A stretch of 64,000 bases of DNA, from NCBI RefSeq assembly GCF_009914755.1, contig NC_060927.1. One strand, written 5' to 3'. The notes under the pieces were generated by a model. It made no database searches, was not told the DNA's origin, and saw only the letters and a list, made by a program, of their open reading frames with translations. The position numbers and the translations under genes are program-made. This document shows positions 12,930-27,300 of the stretch, piece by piece; positions within the stretch are counted from its first letter, which is position 1; every line of letters starts with the position of its first letter. The stretch comes from the human T2T-CHM13v2.0 reference genome, Homo sapiens.

Positions 12930-14100
12930 CTTCATTATCATTACCACCCTAATCCAGGCTCTATTTCTTCAAACCCAGATTACTGCATCGATTTTCCAAG
13001 TTTTCTTGATGTTTCTCTCCCCCTTTCCATTCTTTTTGCAGTTCATTGCCAATCTAATAAAAATAATAATTTTATTTTTTGCCTTTTTATTTCAATAGTT
13101 TTGGAGGTGCAGGTGGTTTTTGGTTACACGGATGAGTTCTTTAGTGGTGAGTGCTGAGATTTTAGTGCACCCCTCACCCAAGAAGCGTGCACTGTACTCA
13201 ATATGTTGTCTTTTGTCCTTCTCCCCACTCCCAACTTGCCCTCTTGAGTCTCCACAGTCCACTATATTGCTCTGTATGTCTTTGTGTCTTCAAAGCTTAG
13301 CTCCCACTTATAAGTGAGAACATATGGCATTTGGTTTTCCATTCTTGATTTACTTCGCTTAGAATAACGGCTTCCAGTTCCATCCAAGTTTCTGCAAAAT
13401 ACATTATTTCATTCTTTTTTATGGCTGAATAATATTCTATGGTGTATATATACTGGATTTTCTTTATCCATTCATTGGTTGATGAGCATTTAGGTTAGTT
13501 CCATAATTCTTGCAATTGCAAATTGAGCTGCTATAAACATGTGTGTGCATGTATCATTTTCATATAATGACTTCTTTTTTGGGGGGTAGATGCCCAGTAG
13601 TGGGATTGCTGAATTGAATGGTAAATTTACTCTTACTCTTTAATGAGTCTCCATACTGTTTTCCATACTGGTTTACTAATTTATGTTTCGACCAGAAGTG
13701 TCAAAATGTTCCCTTTTCACCACATCCATGCCAACATCTATTTTTTTGTGTGTGTGTGTTTTAAATTATAGCCATTCTCGCAGGAGTAAAGTGGTATCTC
13801 ATTGTGGTTTTAATTTGCATTTCCCTGATGATTAGTGATGTTGAGCAGAAAATGGCAATTTCAGTTTGATGCATCACTTCTTACAATACTTTGGTAGTTC
13901 AAGTTTATTATACAAGGCTGCACTTTTGTTTCTGGTCTTCAGGATCATCCATAATCCCTATGCACCTTCTTGTCACCACTGCTCAATAAAATGAACAATA
14001 TGATTTTCCTTTCATCAAGTGTCTTCATTTTCAGTATCTAAACACAGCCTTTTCTAGGCAGAATTGTTCACTCCATCCCAATACATGTATGTTTACCCTC
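12930..14100 (+). mobile_element. L2 relic split by the L1PB insertion
   Basis: accaccctaatccaggct...cccagattactgca on the left; degenerate continuation after about 13850. Confidence 0.5.
13070..13847 (-). mobile_element. L1PB-class 3' end, 5'-truncated
   Basis: ttttatttcaatagttttggaggtgcaggtggtttttggttacacggatgagttctttagtggtg, agcttagctcccacttataagtgagaacat. Confidence 0.9.
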
Positions 14101-15359
14101 TCCCCATGCTCTTTCTTCAGCCAAGGACATTCTGGTAACTGTCCCTTTCTCATGAAACTCATTTCCTTTCTTGAAAGGCCAGATTCTCCATGGTGCTTTC
14201 TTCTTTTTCATTTTTCCCTTTCTCTGAGTTACCAATTCAGTTTTAGTTTATACCTTAATTGTTTCCTAAACTGGTTTTAACCCCTCATGAAGACTTAATC
14301 TCCTTGTGAAGGAAAGCTTTTTTGTAGAGTGGCTCAACTACAAGTATAATCTGGTTGCTTAATTAGCATGCCTTCATTGAGGAATTCATCGCTAGGACTG
14401 TGTTCTTGTTTATTGGGATGGGAAGGGGGAGAAAAGATGAGAGGGGCAAAAGAGAAAATTTGGAAAATGAGAAACTTACTTTATTGCACTGTCTGTGCAA
14501 TTGTTGGTCTTAAGGGAACAAATACACTAAATTCAAAGATGATAAAAAAAAAAAACAGCTTCACAGAGCTGTAGTAAACACCAGATGTTGAAAGAGAAGC
14601 GTATCAGACTATCCTTCATCTTTCATCTTTAAGGGACAAATTACAACAAATAACCAAAATAAACATAAAGAAACCATAAAGGGCACTGAGTGAAAAGGTA
14701 AAGCTACAGATTTCAAAACAGAAGACATATCCAGACAGCCCTTGTCAGTATGTTTCTTTACTACAGAGGGTTGCTGCTGCTAGAAGTCTCTATGCTCCCA
14801 TGATCTGTTGGTCACTGTACTTCACTTTCCCAACTCTCACCCCCAGTAGACATGCACACTCACATTTTTAGGATCCAAAGAAGAGAGCTGAGCTTGATTT
14901 TCTGTCAGGCAGAAGAGCAAGATAGACAATGTAATTTGAAACTTTTTCCTGCTAATCCTCAACACAGAATTCTGGATTCTCATCTGAGGACTAAGAGCAC
15001 CTTTAACACTGATGAATTAGAAATGAGGCAAGGACTAAAATTGAGTTAATTCTCTAATATTAGAAAATGAAGAAATACTCATCACTGGACTCACTTGCCT
15101 CACTAAATGTATTTTATTACTTGAACATATATAATAAATACATAATTTTTCTTATCCTTTAATAACAAATTCAGAGAGAGAAAACTTCATTCATATTAAA
15201 AAGTATAGACTAGAGATGGAAATTAAAAATAATATACCAGAGAGGACTGCTACAAATGAATGACAGCTTGTTAGATAAATACATCTGTTTTTGTAGATCA
15301 AATAATGAGGTATGAAGTAGACATGGCTTCAAAGACGATGTTAATTTCTTTTTTTCCTA

Positions 15360-15600
15360 AATTCAAAATTATTATAATATATATTGTAGAAAATTCAGAC
15401 AGAGGCAAAAGCCCAAAACAAAAAAGTTACCCTTGATCCCATCCCACTATCTAGTGATAATCATAGTCAATATGTTGGTGAACATCTTACCAAGATGTAA
15501 CTTTGTGTAGGTAGACATTTTTACAAGAATGATATCACACCGTATACTGTCTAATAAAAAATTTCACTTAACAATATGTAGTCATTTCCCATGCCAAATA
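15360..15600 (-). mobile_element. Ancient L1ME-type 3' fragment
   Basis: cccactatctagtgataatca, tttcacttaacaatatgt motifs; highly diverged. Confidence 0.5.
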
Positions 15601-16145
15601 TTATGATCTATTAAATCTTTTATGTCCAACACAAAGCAACACTAAATGTAAGATAACTCCCCATTTTCCTATGAGAAAGCCAATTTATTTAGCTACAAAG
15701 ATGTATTTAATACCACATATTTTCATATCAAATTTATGTTGAAACTTTAATATTAAAACATTCCATATTCCATGAAACATTGGTTTTTCATCAAAGGAAA
15801 CATTCTTTTAAGTCACCAGATTTTCAGAGTTCATCATTTATAATTTTGTGATGCTGTTACTGGAAATTTTGTCCCAAGCCATAAGTATCCATTTACATAG
15901 CATTAAAACGTTTATTATTTTTGTTAATCTCCACAATACAACCACTTATCATATTGCTTTTAAAGGAATCTTGTTTACCACAGTAGCCAACAGTTGAATA
16001 TTGTGTGGTCAGACTCCAGGAATCACTATTAAATATATGCTAATTTTTGTAATTCCATTTTTTTACTGTTTTAGTCATGTAAACTAAAATGATAAAAATG
16101 TTTTAGTTTTTACTAAATGTTTTGTTGTTAGTGAGTTCATGTTAA

Positions 16146-16184
16146 CTCTCTCTCTCATCTATCTATCTATCTATCTATCTATCT
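16146..16184. repeat. (CT)n-(CTAT)n compound microsatellite
   Basis: ctctctctctcatctatctatctatctatctatctatct read directly. Confidence 0.95.
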
Positions 16185-16517
16185 GAATACATGCAGACAT
16201 AAAACTCACATTGGTGAAGGCAATTTTGGGCTAATGTGTTTGTTCAATCCCTGAAATGCTATTCAAGACAAAGGAATTGAGAATGCACCCTTTGAAAAAA
16301 TTGATTTTAAACTAACTCATTTTTTGAGGTGTCATTTTGGGAAAAAGAAATTTATATTTTGTCATATAAATTATAGTAAAGAAAATGGCAAGATCATGTG
16401 AAAGATATATTTGAGGTTTTTGTTTAATTCTCAATACAAGCATTTTATACTCCACAATTAGAAAATCAGAAGACTAAAAAAAGAAATATTGAATCTGAAA
16501 ATAATTTTATAGATTAA

Positions 16518-16700
<183 letters not shown>

Positions 16701-17149
16701 AAAAATGAAGAAATAGTGAGACTAAGAGGGCAAACAACCCTCTCAAGTTTCATAGGCATTTACAGGGTGAGTTCAAATTAGGCAGGTTTCTTGACAGTTT
16801 ATTACTCTTTACTCAATATGATATTGAGGTGTAAAACAAATTTATCCTAAACTTCCTTCAGAAATTGAGAGACACATGCAAAGGGCCAATTCTAATAAAT
16901 TCTACCAGCTTAGTAAACTCAGACTAAGGATAAATTCCCCTCAAGCTTCTCTTAAGAAATCTTACAATACTTGTTTTCTAAAAAAATAAGGGCAAACTCT
17001 CTTGAGAAATACTTCCCTTTGTTATCTGGATGGATACTGCTTTGCGTATCATACTTCTTTTTTTAGGGAAAGTTACTCAGATGATTTAGCTTCAACTCCC
17101 CCAACTTCCCCTAGTCTTTCAGCCCCACATATCTCTGGATTCTGGAAAG

Positions 17150-17290
17150 GCATTCACTCATTTATTCATTCAACAAACTTGTACTTATTGAGTCAACTGC
17201 TACTTTGCACTAAAACTGTGCAAGTCACAGAGGAAATGAATATAAAAAACCAAAATTTGTGATACTCATTAGAGCTATTCACAATGTTCT
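17150..17290 (-). mobile_element. L2 3' end
   Basis: cattcactcatttattcattcaacaaac...ttattgag terminal repeat. Confidence 0.7.
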
Positions 17291-17719
17291 CATTTTCTGT
17301 TTATAAGTGGATGGTATTATTAAATTGGATTTGTCCACCTCCTTACCATTAGATATGAATTTGTTACTTGCTTGTTAAAATTTAATTGCTCGTGCCTGAC
17401 TCTTCAGGCCTTTCACGTCCCTGCCATGGAAGCATATGTCAAGAGGGAGCCTGAGTCTCTGAGCAACCGCAATAAACACAGCTATTCTCCTGGCCAATGT
17501 TGGAAAAGTAGGATGAGAGTATTAAACTACTGAGATTTTAGGGGTTTTATTGGATCTTAACTTAGCTTATCTTGACGGAAAATCCTTGCTTTCAAGATCC
17601 CCTTAATTCAGTGAAGTAGAGATAATAATGAAGTATTTCAATTACGCTCTAATCATATCTATTATAAAAATATGCTTTATGTGATGGAAGGACTAAGGAA
17701 AGAATTTTGAGAAGTTGGT

Positions 17720-18330
17720 GAGATCAGGCTTAGGAGTCAGAGAGCCTTGAGTTGAAATCTTGACTTTTGTATTTTTAGCTGTATGTAAGTCATTAAACTT
17801 TCTAAGCCTGTGATATAGTTTGGATATTCATCCCCTCCAACTCTTATGTTAAAATTTGGTCCCCAGTGTGGGAGGTGTTTGGGTCATGTGGGTGGATACC
17901 TCATCACAGGTTGTTGCAGTCCTTGTAGAAATGAGTGAGCCCTTGCTCTATCAGTTACCATGAAATCTGATTGTTAAAGAGGCCTGACACCTCTGTCTCT
18001 CTCTCTTGCTCCATCTCTCATCATGTGACATCCTGCTCTCCATCTTTCATGATGACTGGAAGTTTCCTGAGGCCCTCACCAGAAGCAGTTGCTGATGCTA
18101 CCCTTCTTGCATATCTTGCAGAACTGCGAACTAAATAAACTTCTTTTCTTTATAAATACCCAGCCTTAGGTATTCTTTTATGGCAACACAAAATAGACTA
18201 ATACAATCCACTTTCAATAGTATAGAATATGGGTAAGAGTGCTATTATCTATCTCATAGGGTGGTTGTAGTAATTAGATGAGCTGCATGATAAGCACTCA
18301 ATAAGAGGTAGTTGCCATTACTATTACTAT
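17720..18330 (+). mobile_element. MIR split by an MST LTR
   Basis: 5' half (ggagtcagagagccttgagttgaaatc) lies before 17811; 3' half (ctcatagggtggttgt, gcactcaataa) lies after 18205. Confidence 0.65.
17811..18205 (+). mobile_element. MST (MSTB-like) MaLR solo LTR
   Basis: tgatatagtttggatatt...ttcctgaggccctcaccagaagcag...gactaataca. Confidence 0.9.
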
Positions 18331-18419
18331 TTTTTAAATCTGTATGTGGCATAGAATGGGTAGTACTCATACAACAAAATTTAAGGAATGCTGAACAGAA
18401 GCATAAAGGTTGAGAAGCT

Positions 18420-19270
18420 GTGTAGTTAATAAACTGTAAAACAGGCATTGTAGGCAAAAGGATGGGTGAATATTTTAGGTGAGAGATGTTATGCATAGTA
18501 CACAGGTGAGTGGTGATGAGTGAAGCTGGAAAAGTAGGCAAGAACTGAAAGAAAATTCACCTGTCCACCATGGCTGGGAAGTAGTAATTACCCTGATGGT
18601 AGTAGAGAAGTATTAAATGTTTTAATAGCAAATGAACATTTTAGAAAAATCATGAAAGCTGAAGCATGGAAAAGAGATTAGAAAAGAAACCCCATGAGAT
18701 TGGAAACAGAAATAGCTCTAAAGATATACTAAAGTCTTCCAAGTAAGAAATGTGTGCATATACTATACTAATCATAATTAGAACTAAGGATGTGTGTAAC
18801 TTCACAAAGAGAGATCTCTTGATGTCAAGGCTAGGAATGGAAGCCTAGGTATTGATAACATTCAAAGGGCTACTACATAAAGCAAAGTGTTCTTGGGGAG
18901 AATAAAAAGGGCAGAGAGGAAAAGAAAGATAGGAACCAAGAACCTTGGCTATCATGGATGCCAAGGTAGGGGAGAATGTGAGCAGGGCATGATCAACCCT
19001 GTGAAACATGCCAGCAATGCAAAGTAAGATACTATCTTAAGAGTCTTTATGTCATTGGAGAATCAGGAAGCTATCGTTGATCTGCATGGAAGAACTTAAG
19101 ACTGGTGGAAGTTAAAGGCAGATTTCAAGAAATAAATGAGAAAGGGTGATGGTGGTGCGGAAGTAGAGTAGATTGAGTTTAGACTATAATTTCAAAAAGT
19201 TTGGATAAATAATAGAGGATAATTGGGTACACAGAATGAAGAAAGTTTTTTTGTTTTGAAATGGGAGAGA
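18420..19270 (-). mobile_element. L2 fragments
   Basis: Degenerate purine-rich antisense L2 motifs. Confidence 0.5.
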
Positions 19271-21601
19271 CTTATGTATGTTCTGGGTGTTTCTCTTACA
19301 CCCAGGCAAATGGAGCTCCTGCCCAGAGTCTGCACTATAAAATAATCTCCTCTGGTCTTTTGGCCACATATGTATCCAAAGCAAAAAAAATCTGCATTCC
19401 AAAGGGACATGTCCTACTGAAAGACTTGAGAATTCTGGGTCTAAATGTCTTTGGTCACACCTCTAGAACCTGTACAGACTTCTGTACATTTTCCCATTAA
19501 TATTGCTTTCTGATATGTAGTTTCAAAATTGTTTTTATTCAGTTAAAATACTTTCTAATTTCTCTTTCCATTTAACCCATTAATTATTAAGAAGTATGTT
19601 ATTATTATTTGAATATTTGAGGAATTTCCAGGGATCTTTCTCAATGATTTTTAATTTAGTTCCACTGTTGTTAGAGAACATACTTTTTATGACTAGAATG
19701 CCTTTGAATTAATGACGACTTGTTTTAGGCCCTAGACTAATGGTCTTGTGTGGGCAAATGGTCTGTTTGCTCTTGAAAAACATGTGATTTCTGATGTTGG
19801 AGGAGTGTTTCAGAAATAATCTTTTTATATTTGTATATTATGTTGCTTGAAATTGTCCCATAGTTAACCGATGCTCTTTAATTTTTTTAATTTTTAATTT
19901 TTATGGATATATTGTAGTTGTACATACGTATGGGGTACGTGTGATATTTTGATGCAAGTGTACAATGTATAATGATCAAATAAAGGTTATTGGGAAATCT
20001 AACACCTTAAACATTTGTCATTTCTTTATGTTAGGAATGTTCCAATCCACTCTTTTAGTTACTTTGAAATATACAATAAGTTATTGTTTACCATAGTCTC
20101 CTTATCATGCTACTGAACACTAGAACTTATTTCGTCTATCTAACTGTATTTTTGTACCCATTAATTAATACTTTTTTAACCCCTGCCTGTCCACCACCGT
20201 TTCCTGCCTTTGGTAACCACCATCATTTATTCTCTATTTTCATGGATTCAATTTTTTTTTTAGCTCCCACATATGAGTGAGAACATGTGATATTTGTTTT
20301 TCTCTACCTGGCTTATTTCACTTAGCATAATGACCTCTAGTTCCATCCATGTTGCTGCAAATGACAGTATTTCATTCTTTTTATGGCTGAATAATATTCC
20401 ATGGTGTATTTGTACCACATTTTCTTTATCTATTCTTCTGTTAATGAACAATTAGGTTGATTCCATATCTTGACTATTGTAAATAAAGCTGTAATAAAAA
20501 TGCAAGGGTACATATCTCGATATACTGGCTTCCTTTATTTTGGATATATACCTAGCAGTGAGATTTCTGGATCATATGAGAGTTCTATTTTTACTTTTTT
20601 GAGGAGCCTCCATACTGTTTTCTCTAGTGGCTATACTAACTTACATTCACATCAACAGTGTAGGAGTGTTCCCCTTTTTTTTCCACATCCTCGCCAACAT
20701 TCGTTAATTTTTGTCTTTTTGATAAAGGCCATTTTAACTGGGCTGACATAATATTTCATTGTGTTTTGATGTGAATTTCTCTGATGACTAATGGTATTGA
20801 GCATTTTTCTTATATCTGTTGGCCTTTTTTATGTCCTCTTTTGAGAAATGTCTATTCAGGTATTTTATTCATTTTTCAATTAGATGATGATGGTGATGCT
20901 GATAATTACTTTTCTAGTGTGTTGTTTGAGTTTATTTTATATTTTGGTTATTAATCCTTTGTCAGTTGAATAGTTTGCAAATATTTTCTCCTGTTTTATG
21001 GGTTGTCTCTTTATTTTGTTAATTGTTTCCTTTGTTGTGCAAAATCTTTTTAGCTTTTTGTGATCTCGTTATCTATTTTTTCTTTATTTGCCTGTGTTTT
21101 TGAGGTTTTAAGAGAAATCTTTGCTCAGCTGAATGTGCTGGAATGTTTCTCCAATGTTTTCTTCTAGGATTTCACAGTTTTTGATTTTAAATTTAAGTAT
21201 TTAATCCATTTCATTTTTTTTATATGACGTGAGATAGGGGTTTAGTTTCATTCTCTTGCATATGGATATCCAATTTTCTTAGCAGTGTATGTTCTTGGCA
21301 CTTTTGCTAAAAATAAGTTGACTTTAAATGCATTATTTTATTCATGGGTTCTGTTCCATTAGTGTTGCTGGGTTCTATTTTGTGTCTGCTTTTGTGCCAG
21401 TATAATGCTGTTTTGCTTACTATAGCTTTGTAGTATTATTTGAAGTCAGATAGTTTGATCTCCAACTTTGTTCCTTTTGCTCAAGATTGCTTTGACTATT
21501 TTGGGTCTTTTGAGGTTCCACATAAATTTTAGGATTATTATTTTTTGATTTATGTGAAGAACATCATTGTTATTTTGATAAGGATTGCATTGAATCTGTA
21601 G

Positions 21602-21958
<357 letters not shown>

Positions 21959-24090
21959 CATCAGTGTTTTATAATTTTCATTGTAGAGATTTTTCACTTC
22001 TTTGGTTAAGTTTATTCCAGGTATTTTACTTTAATTATAGCTATTGTAAATGGGATTACTTTCTTGGTTTCCTTTCCAGATTGTTTACTATTGGCATATA
22101 GAAATGCTACTGATTTTTGTATGTTGACTTTGTATCTTTGAACTTTACTGAATTCATTTAAAAGTTCTAATAGTTTTTTGCTGGAGTCCTTAGGATTTTC
22201 AAAATATAAAATCATATCATCTGCAAACAAAGATAATTTGACTTTTTCTTTTCCAATTTGGGTGCCCTTTATTTCTTTCTCTTATCTAATTACTTCGGCT
22301 AAGACTTCCAATACTATAGTGAATGAAAGTAATGAAAATAGGCATCCTTGCCTTGTTCCAGATCTTAAACTAAAGGCTTTCTGTTGTTGGACATTCAGTG
22401 TGATAGATGGATTTGTCATACACGGCCCCCATTGTTTTGAGGTGTGTTCCTTTTATACTCTGTTTGTTGTGAGCTGTTTTTTTTTAATCATGAAAGGGTA
22501 TTGAATTATATTGAATGCTTTTTCTAACATTTGTTGAAATTGTCAGATGGTTTTTGTCTTTTATTCTATTGATGTGATGCATTGTGTTTATTGATTTGTG
22601 CATGTTGAACCATCCTTGCATCTCTGTGATGAATCCCACTTGATGATAATGAATCTTTTTACTGTGTTGTTGAATTTGACTTGCTAGGATTTTGTTGAAA
22701 ATTTTGCATGTGCGTTCATCAGAAATACTGACCAGCAGTTTTTGTTGTTGTTGTGTCTGTCTGATTTTGGTGTCAGGGTAATTCTAGCTTTGTAGAATGA
22801 GTTTGAAAGTATTTCCTCCTCCTGGATTTTTTGGAATAGCTTGAATAGGATTAGTATTTGTTCCACTTTAAACGTTGGTAGAATTCAGCAGTGAGGCTAT
22901 CGGCTCCTGGATTTTTTTTTTTTTTCTGGGAGACTTTTTTGTCTTAAAATCAATTTTTATCTTATGTAAGTACACTTACGCATGCTCTTTTTTTTTGTAA
23001 GTATAGTTACTTATGCTTCCTTCTTTTCTATCTCATTACTTGTTATTAGTCTTTTCAGATTCGTATTTTTCATATCTAGAAGTTCATTCATTTCTTCCAG
23101 GTTTCCTAGTTTATTGGCATATAGTTGCTCATAATAGTCTCTATTGCTCCTTTTAATTTCTGTGGCATCAGTTGTAATGTCTATTTTTTCACCTCTAGTT
23201 TTCTTTATTTGGTTCTTTTTTCTTCTTAGTCTGGCTAAAGGTTGTTGATTTTGTTTATCTTTTCAAAAAACAAAATTCATTGGTTTATCTTTTGTATTTT
23301 TTTTGGTTTTGATTTATTTCTGCTCTGATCTTTTATTATTTTTTTCTTCTACTAATTTTGGGTTTGGTAGGCTTTTGCATTTCTAGTTCTTAAAGATACA
23401 TCATTTGGTTGTTTTTTTTGAAGTCTTTCTATTTTTTAATGTAGGCATTTATTGCTATAAACTTTCCTGTCAGTACTGCTTTGGCTGTACTCACTAGCTT
23501 GGTATGTTGTATTTCCATTTTCATTTGTTTCAGTAAATGTTAAGTTTTCTTCTTAACTTATTTAAAGACCCAATGGTCATTCAGAAGCATATTGTTTAAT
23601 TTCCAAGTGTTTGTATAGTTTCCAAAGTTCATCTTGTTATTAATTTCTAGTTTTGTTCCATTGTGATCAGAAAAGATACTTGGCATGATTTCAATTTTTA
23701 TAATTTTTTAAAGATGTTTTTTGTGGCATATCTTAAGGTATGTCCTTGAGAATGTTCCTTGTGCTGAGAAGAATAATGTGTATTCTGTGGCTGTTGGATG
23801 AAATATTCTGTGAATACTTATTAGATCCAACTGGTCTATAGTGCAGGTTAAGTCTGTTTCTTTGTTGATTTTCTGTCTAGATGATCTGTCCATTGCTGAA
23901 AGTTGGGTGTTGAAGTCCCCAACTATTATTGTTTAGGGGTGAATCTCTCTATCTCCAATAAAATTTGCTTTATACATCTGTGTGCTTCAGTGTTGGGTGT
24001 ATATATATTTATAATTGCTATGTCCTTTTGGATTGACCCCTTTGCAATGACACAATGACTTTCTTCGTCTTTTTAAAGAGTTTTTGTCTT

Positions 24091-24380
24091 TTTTTTTTTT
24101 TGAGATGGAGTCTCTCTCTGTTGCCCAGGCTGGAGTGCAGTGGCGTGATCTTGGCTCACCACAACTCCGCCTCCAGGTTCACGCCATTCTCCTGCCTCAG
24201 CCTCCCGAGTAGCTGGGACTACAGGCGCCCACCACGACGCCCGGCTATTTTTTTGTATTTTTAGTAGAGACAGGGTTTCACCGTGTTAGCCAGGATGGTC
24301 TCGATCTCCTGACCTTGTGATCCACCCGCCTTGGCCTCCCAAAGTGCTGGGATTATAGGCGTGAGCCACCGCGCCCGGCC
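24091..24380 (-). mobile_element. AluY inserted in L1
   Basis: ggttcacgccattctcc and ccgtgttagccaggatggtctcgatctcc; perfect 15-bp TSD aagagtttttgtctt. Confidence 0.95.
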
Positions 24381-27300
24381 AAGAGTTTTTGTCTTGAAAT
24401 CCATTTTATCTCATGTAAGTATAGTTACTTATGCTCTTTTTTTTGGTTTTCATTTGCATAGAACATCTTTTTCCATCTTTTAATTTTCAGTTTATGCATG
24501 TATTTACAGGTCAAGTGAGTTACTTGTAGGCAGCATGTAGTCGGGTCTTGTTTTCTTATTCATTCAGGTACTCTGAATGAGTAAGAAAACTTTCGATTGA
24601 ATAATTTAGTTCAATTTATATTCAATGTTATTAATAATAGGCAAGAACTTACTACTTCCATTTTGCTATTTGCTTTCTGGTTGTTTTGTTTGTCTACCTT
24701 CTTCCTTTCTTCATGTCTTTTGTTGTGTATAAGTGGATTTCTCTGGTAGTATGTTTTAATTTTTTGTTTTTTTTATTTTTAACATTTTCATTGTAGGTTT
24801 GGCTTTGTGGTTACCATGAGAATTACAAATAACACTTATAACCAATTATTTTTAACTGATGACAACTTAGATCTTATCACAATAAACAAACAAACAACAA
24901 CAAAAAAACAAGCAAAGAGAAAACTAAGACTCTCTACAGTTTAAATCCATTCCCCACTCCACTTTTTAATATTTTGTTGTCCTTATTTATCTTTTTATGT
25001 TTTCTATCTCTTAAAATATAATTGTCGTAGTTATTATTTTTGGTAGATTTGTCTTTTAGTTTTCATACTAAATTTATGAGTTGTTTAGACATGGAAATTA
25101 CAGTGATAGAGTATTCTGTATTTGTCTGTGTATTTACTTTTACCAGTGAGTGTGTTATACCTTCAGATAATTTCTTTTTACTTGTTAGTGCTCTCTTCTT
25201 TCAGACTGAAGAACACCTTTTAGCATTTCTTGTAAGATAGGGCTGGTTTTGGTGAAACTCCTCAGCTTTTGTTTGTCTGGGAAAGTCTTTATTTTTCCTT
25301 CCTTTTTGAAAAATAACTTTGCCAGATATAATATTCTGGGTTGGAAGATTTTTTTCCTCTTCAGCACTTTGAATATGTCATTCCACTTACTTCTGGCCTG
25401 TAGGTTTTCCACTGAGAAGCCTGCTGCTAAACATAGGATTGAAACCATTTTATGTGTCACTTTCTTCCTTTGTCTTGCTGCTTTTAAAATATTTTCTTTA
25501 TCTTTACCCTTTAAGAGTTTGATTATTACATGCCTTGAGGTAGTCTTATTTGAGTCAAATCTGCTTGGTGTTCTTTGACATTCTTTATGCCTAGATATTT
25601 ATATTTTTATCTAGGTTTGGAAAGTTCTTTGTCAATATTTCTTTAAATAAATTTTCTACTCTGATCTTTTACTTTACCTCCTCTGTTAGGCCAATAATTT
25701 TTACTTTGCCCTTCTTCTAAACCTTGTAAGTATATTTCATTTTTCTTTTTTTCTCCTCTGTGTATTTTCTTATAGCCTGTCTTCAAAGCTCACTAATTCT
25801 TTCTTCTGCTTGGTGAGTTCTGTTGTTCAGAGACTCTGATGCATTTCTCAGTTAGTCAATTAAAGTTTTCAGCTCAAGAAGTTTTAAAAATTATTTCAAT
25901 CTCTGTTTTAACTTTTTCTGATAGAGCTCTGAATTCCTTTTCTATGTTATTTTGAAGTCTGTCGAGCTTCTTCAAGACAGTTGACAGCTATTTTAAATTT
26001 CTTATCTGAGAAGTCATATATCTCTGTCACTGAAGGCTTGATCACAGGTGACAAATGTAGTCTGTTTGGAGAGGTCATGTTTTTTCTGGCTGTTCTTGGT
26101 GCTGGACATTCATTGATATCTGGTCATTGAAGAGTTAGGTATTTATTCCGATCTTCACAGTCTGGGCTTGTTTATACCTGTCCTTCTTAAGAGAGCTTTC
26201 AGAGAATTTAATAAAGATTGGGGGTTATTACCTAAACCCTTGCTCACTGCAGCTTTTTCATCACTAGGGAGTGATCTAAACCCAGCAATGCTGTGATTCT
26301 TGCAGACTTCTAGATAGAAAGCCTTGGTGGGTTTGGGGAAGATAAGGGAGAATTCCTTGGATTTCCAGGTGAAGTCTTGCTCTTTCTTCCCTCACTCTTC
26401 CCCAAAGAAAAGGAGACTTTCCCTGCACTGAGCAGCCTGGAGTTGAGGGAGGGGTGGCATAGATACTCCTGTAGCCACCACAGCTGACTCCACACTGATA
26501 CATAATGCCCATGACCTCTTAGACCAGCACAGTACTGGGGCTTGCCCAAGGCCCATGGCTGCTACTGCCTGGCTGCTCCTGATGTTTATTCAAAGCCAAA
26601 GGTCACGTTAGTCAGCAGGTAGTAAATCCTACTGGGGCTGGCTCCACCACGCTAAGGTGGCAGATTCCCTTTCAGTTTAGGTGGATCTAGAAATGATGTT
26701 CAGGAGCAAAGGCCTGGAATAAGGAGCTTCAGGAATCTACCTAGTGCTTTATTTTAACGTGGCTGAGCTGGCATCAAAGTTGCAAGACAAAGTCCTTTGT
26801 ACTCTTCCCTCTCTTTTCCCTAAGACTCCTCTCTGCGCTGCACTACCTGGAGTTGGGGGAGAAGTGATACCCACACTCCTGCGGCCACTGCAGCTAACGT
26901 TTTTCCCTCTGGCCCAAGGCTGGTCTAAATGCTCCCTCTGTGGGCATCAGTGGAATTCTGTCCAGAGTCATGCTCCATTTTGACAGGGTGGCAATGAGTT
27001 CCAAAGCAAAGTCCCACAACACTTTTACTCTCCCTCCCTCAAGCACAAAAATTTTCTCTTTGAGCTACACTGCCTGCAGAGTGGGGATGGGCAGTATAAG
27101 CAATACAAGACTTTCCTCCCTACCCTCTTCAAGGCTTCTTTTCTTGTTATATGTTAAATTAGAACATTTAGATGCTCTTTAATTTTTCATATTTTTTCTC
27201 TGTGTATTTCATTTTTAATATTTCCTATACTTATATTCTCAAATGTACTAATCTTTTCTTCTGCAATGTCTAATCTACCATTAATCCTATTCAGTGTATT

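Noticed and set aside
14544-14572. Hairpin acagct-tcacag-agctgt next to an A11 run, terminator-like on the minus strand
   Set aside because: A 6-bp stem is expected by chance; intrinsic terminators are irrelevant in primate DNA and no Pol III promoter is evident
19283-19488. Two 8-bp-arm hairpins (ctgggtgt/acacccag; tgtacaga/tctgtaca)
   Set aside because: Several 8-bp stems are expected by chance in 64 kb
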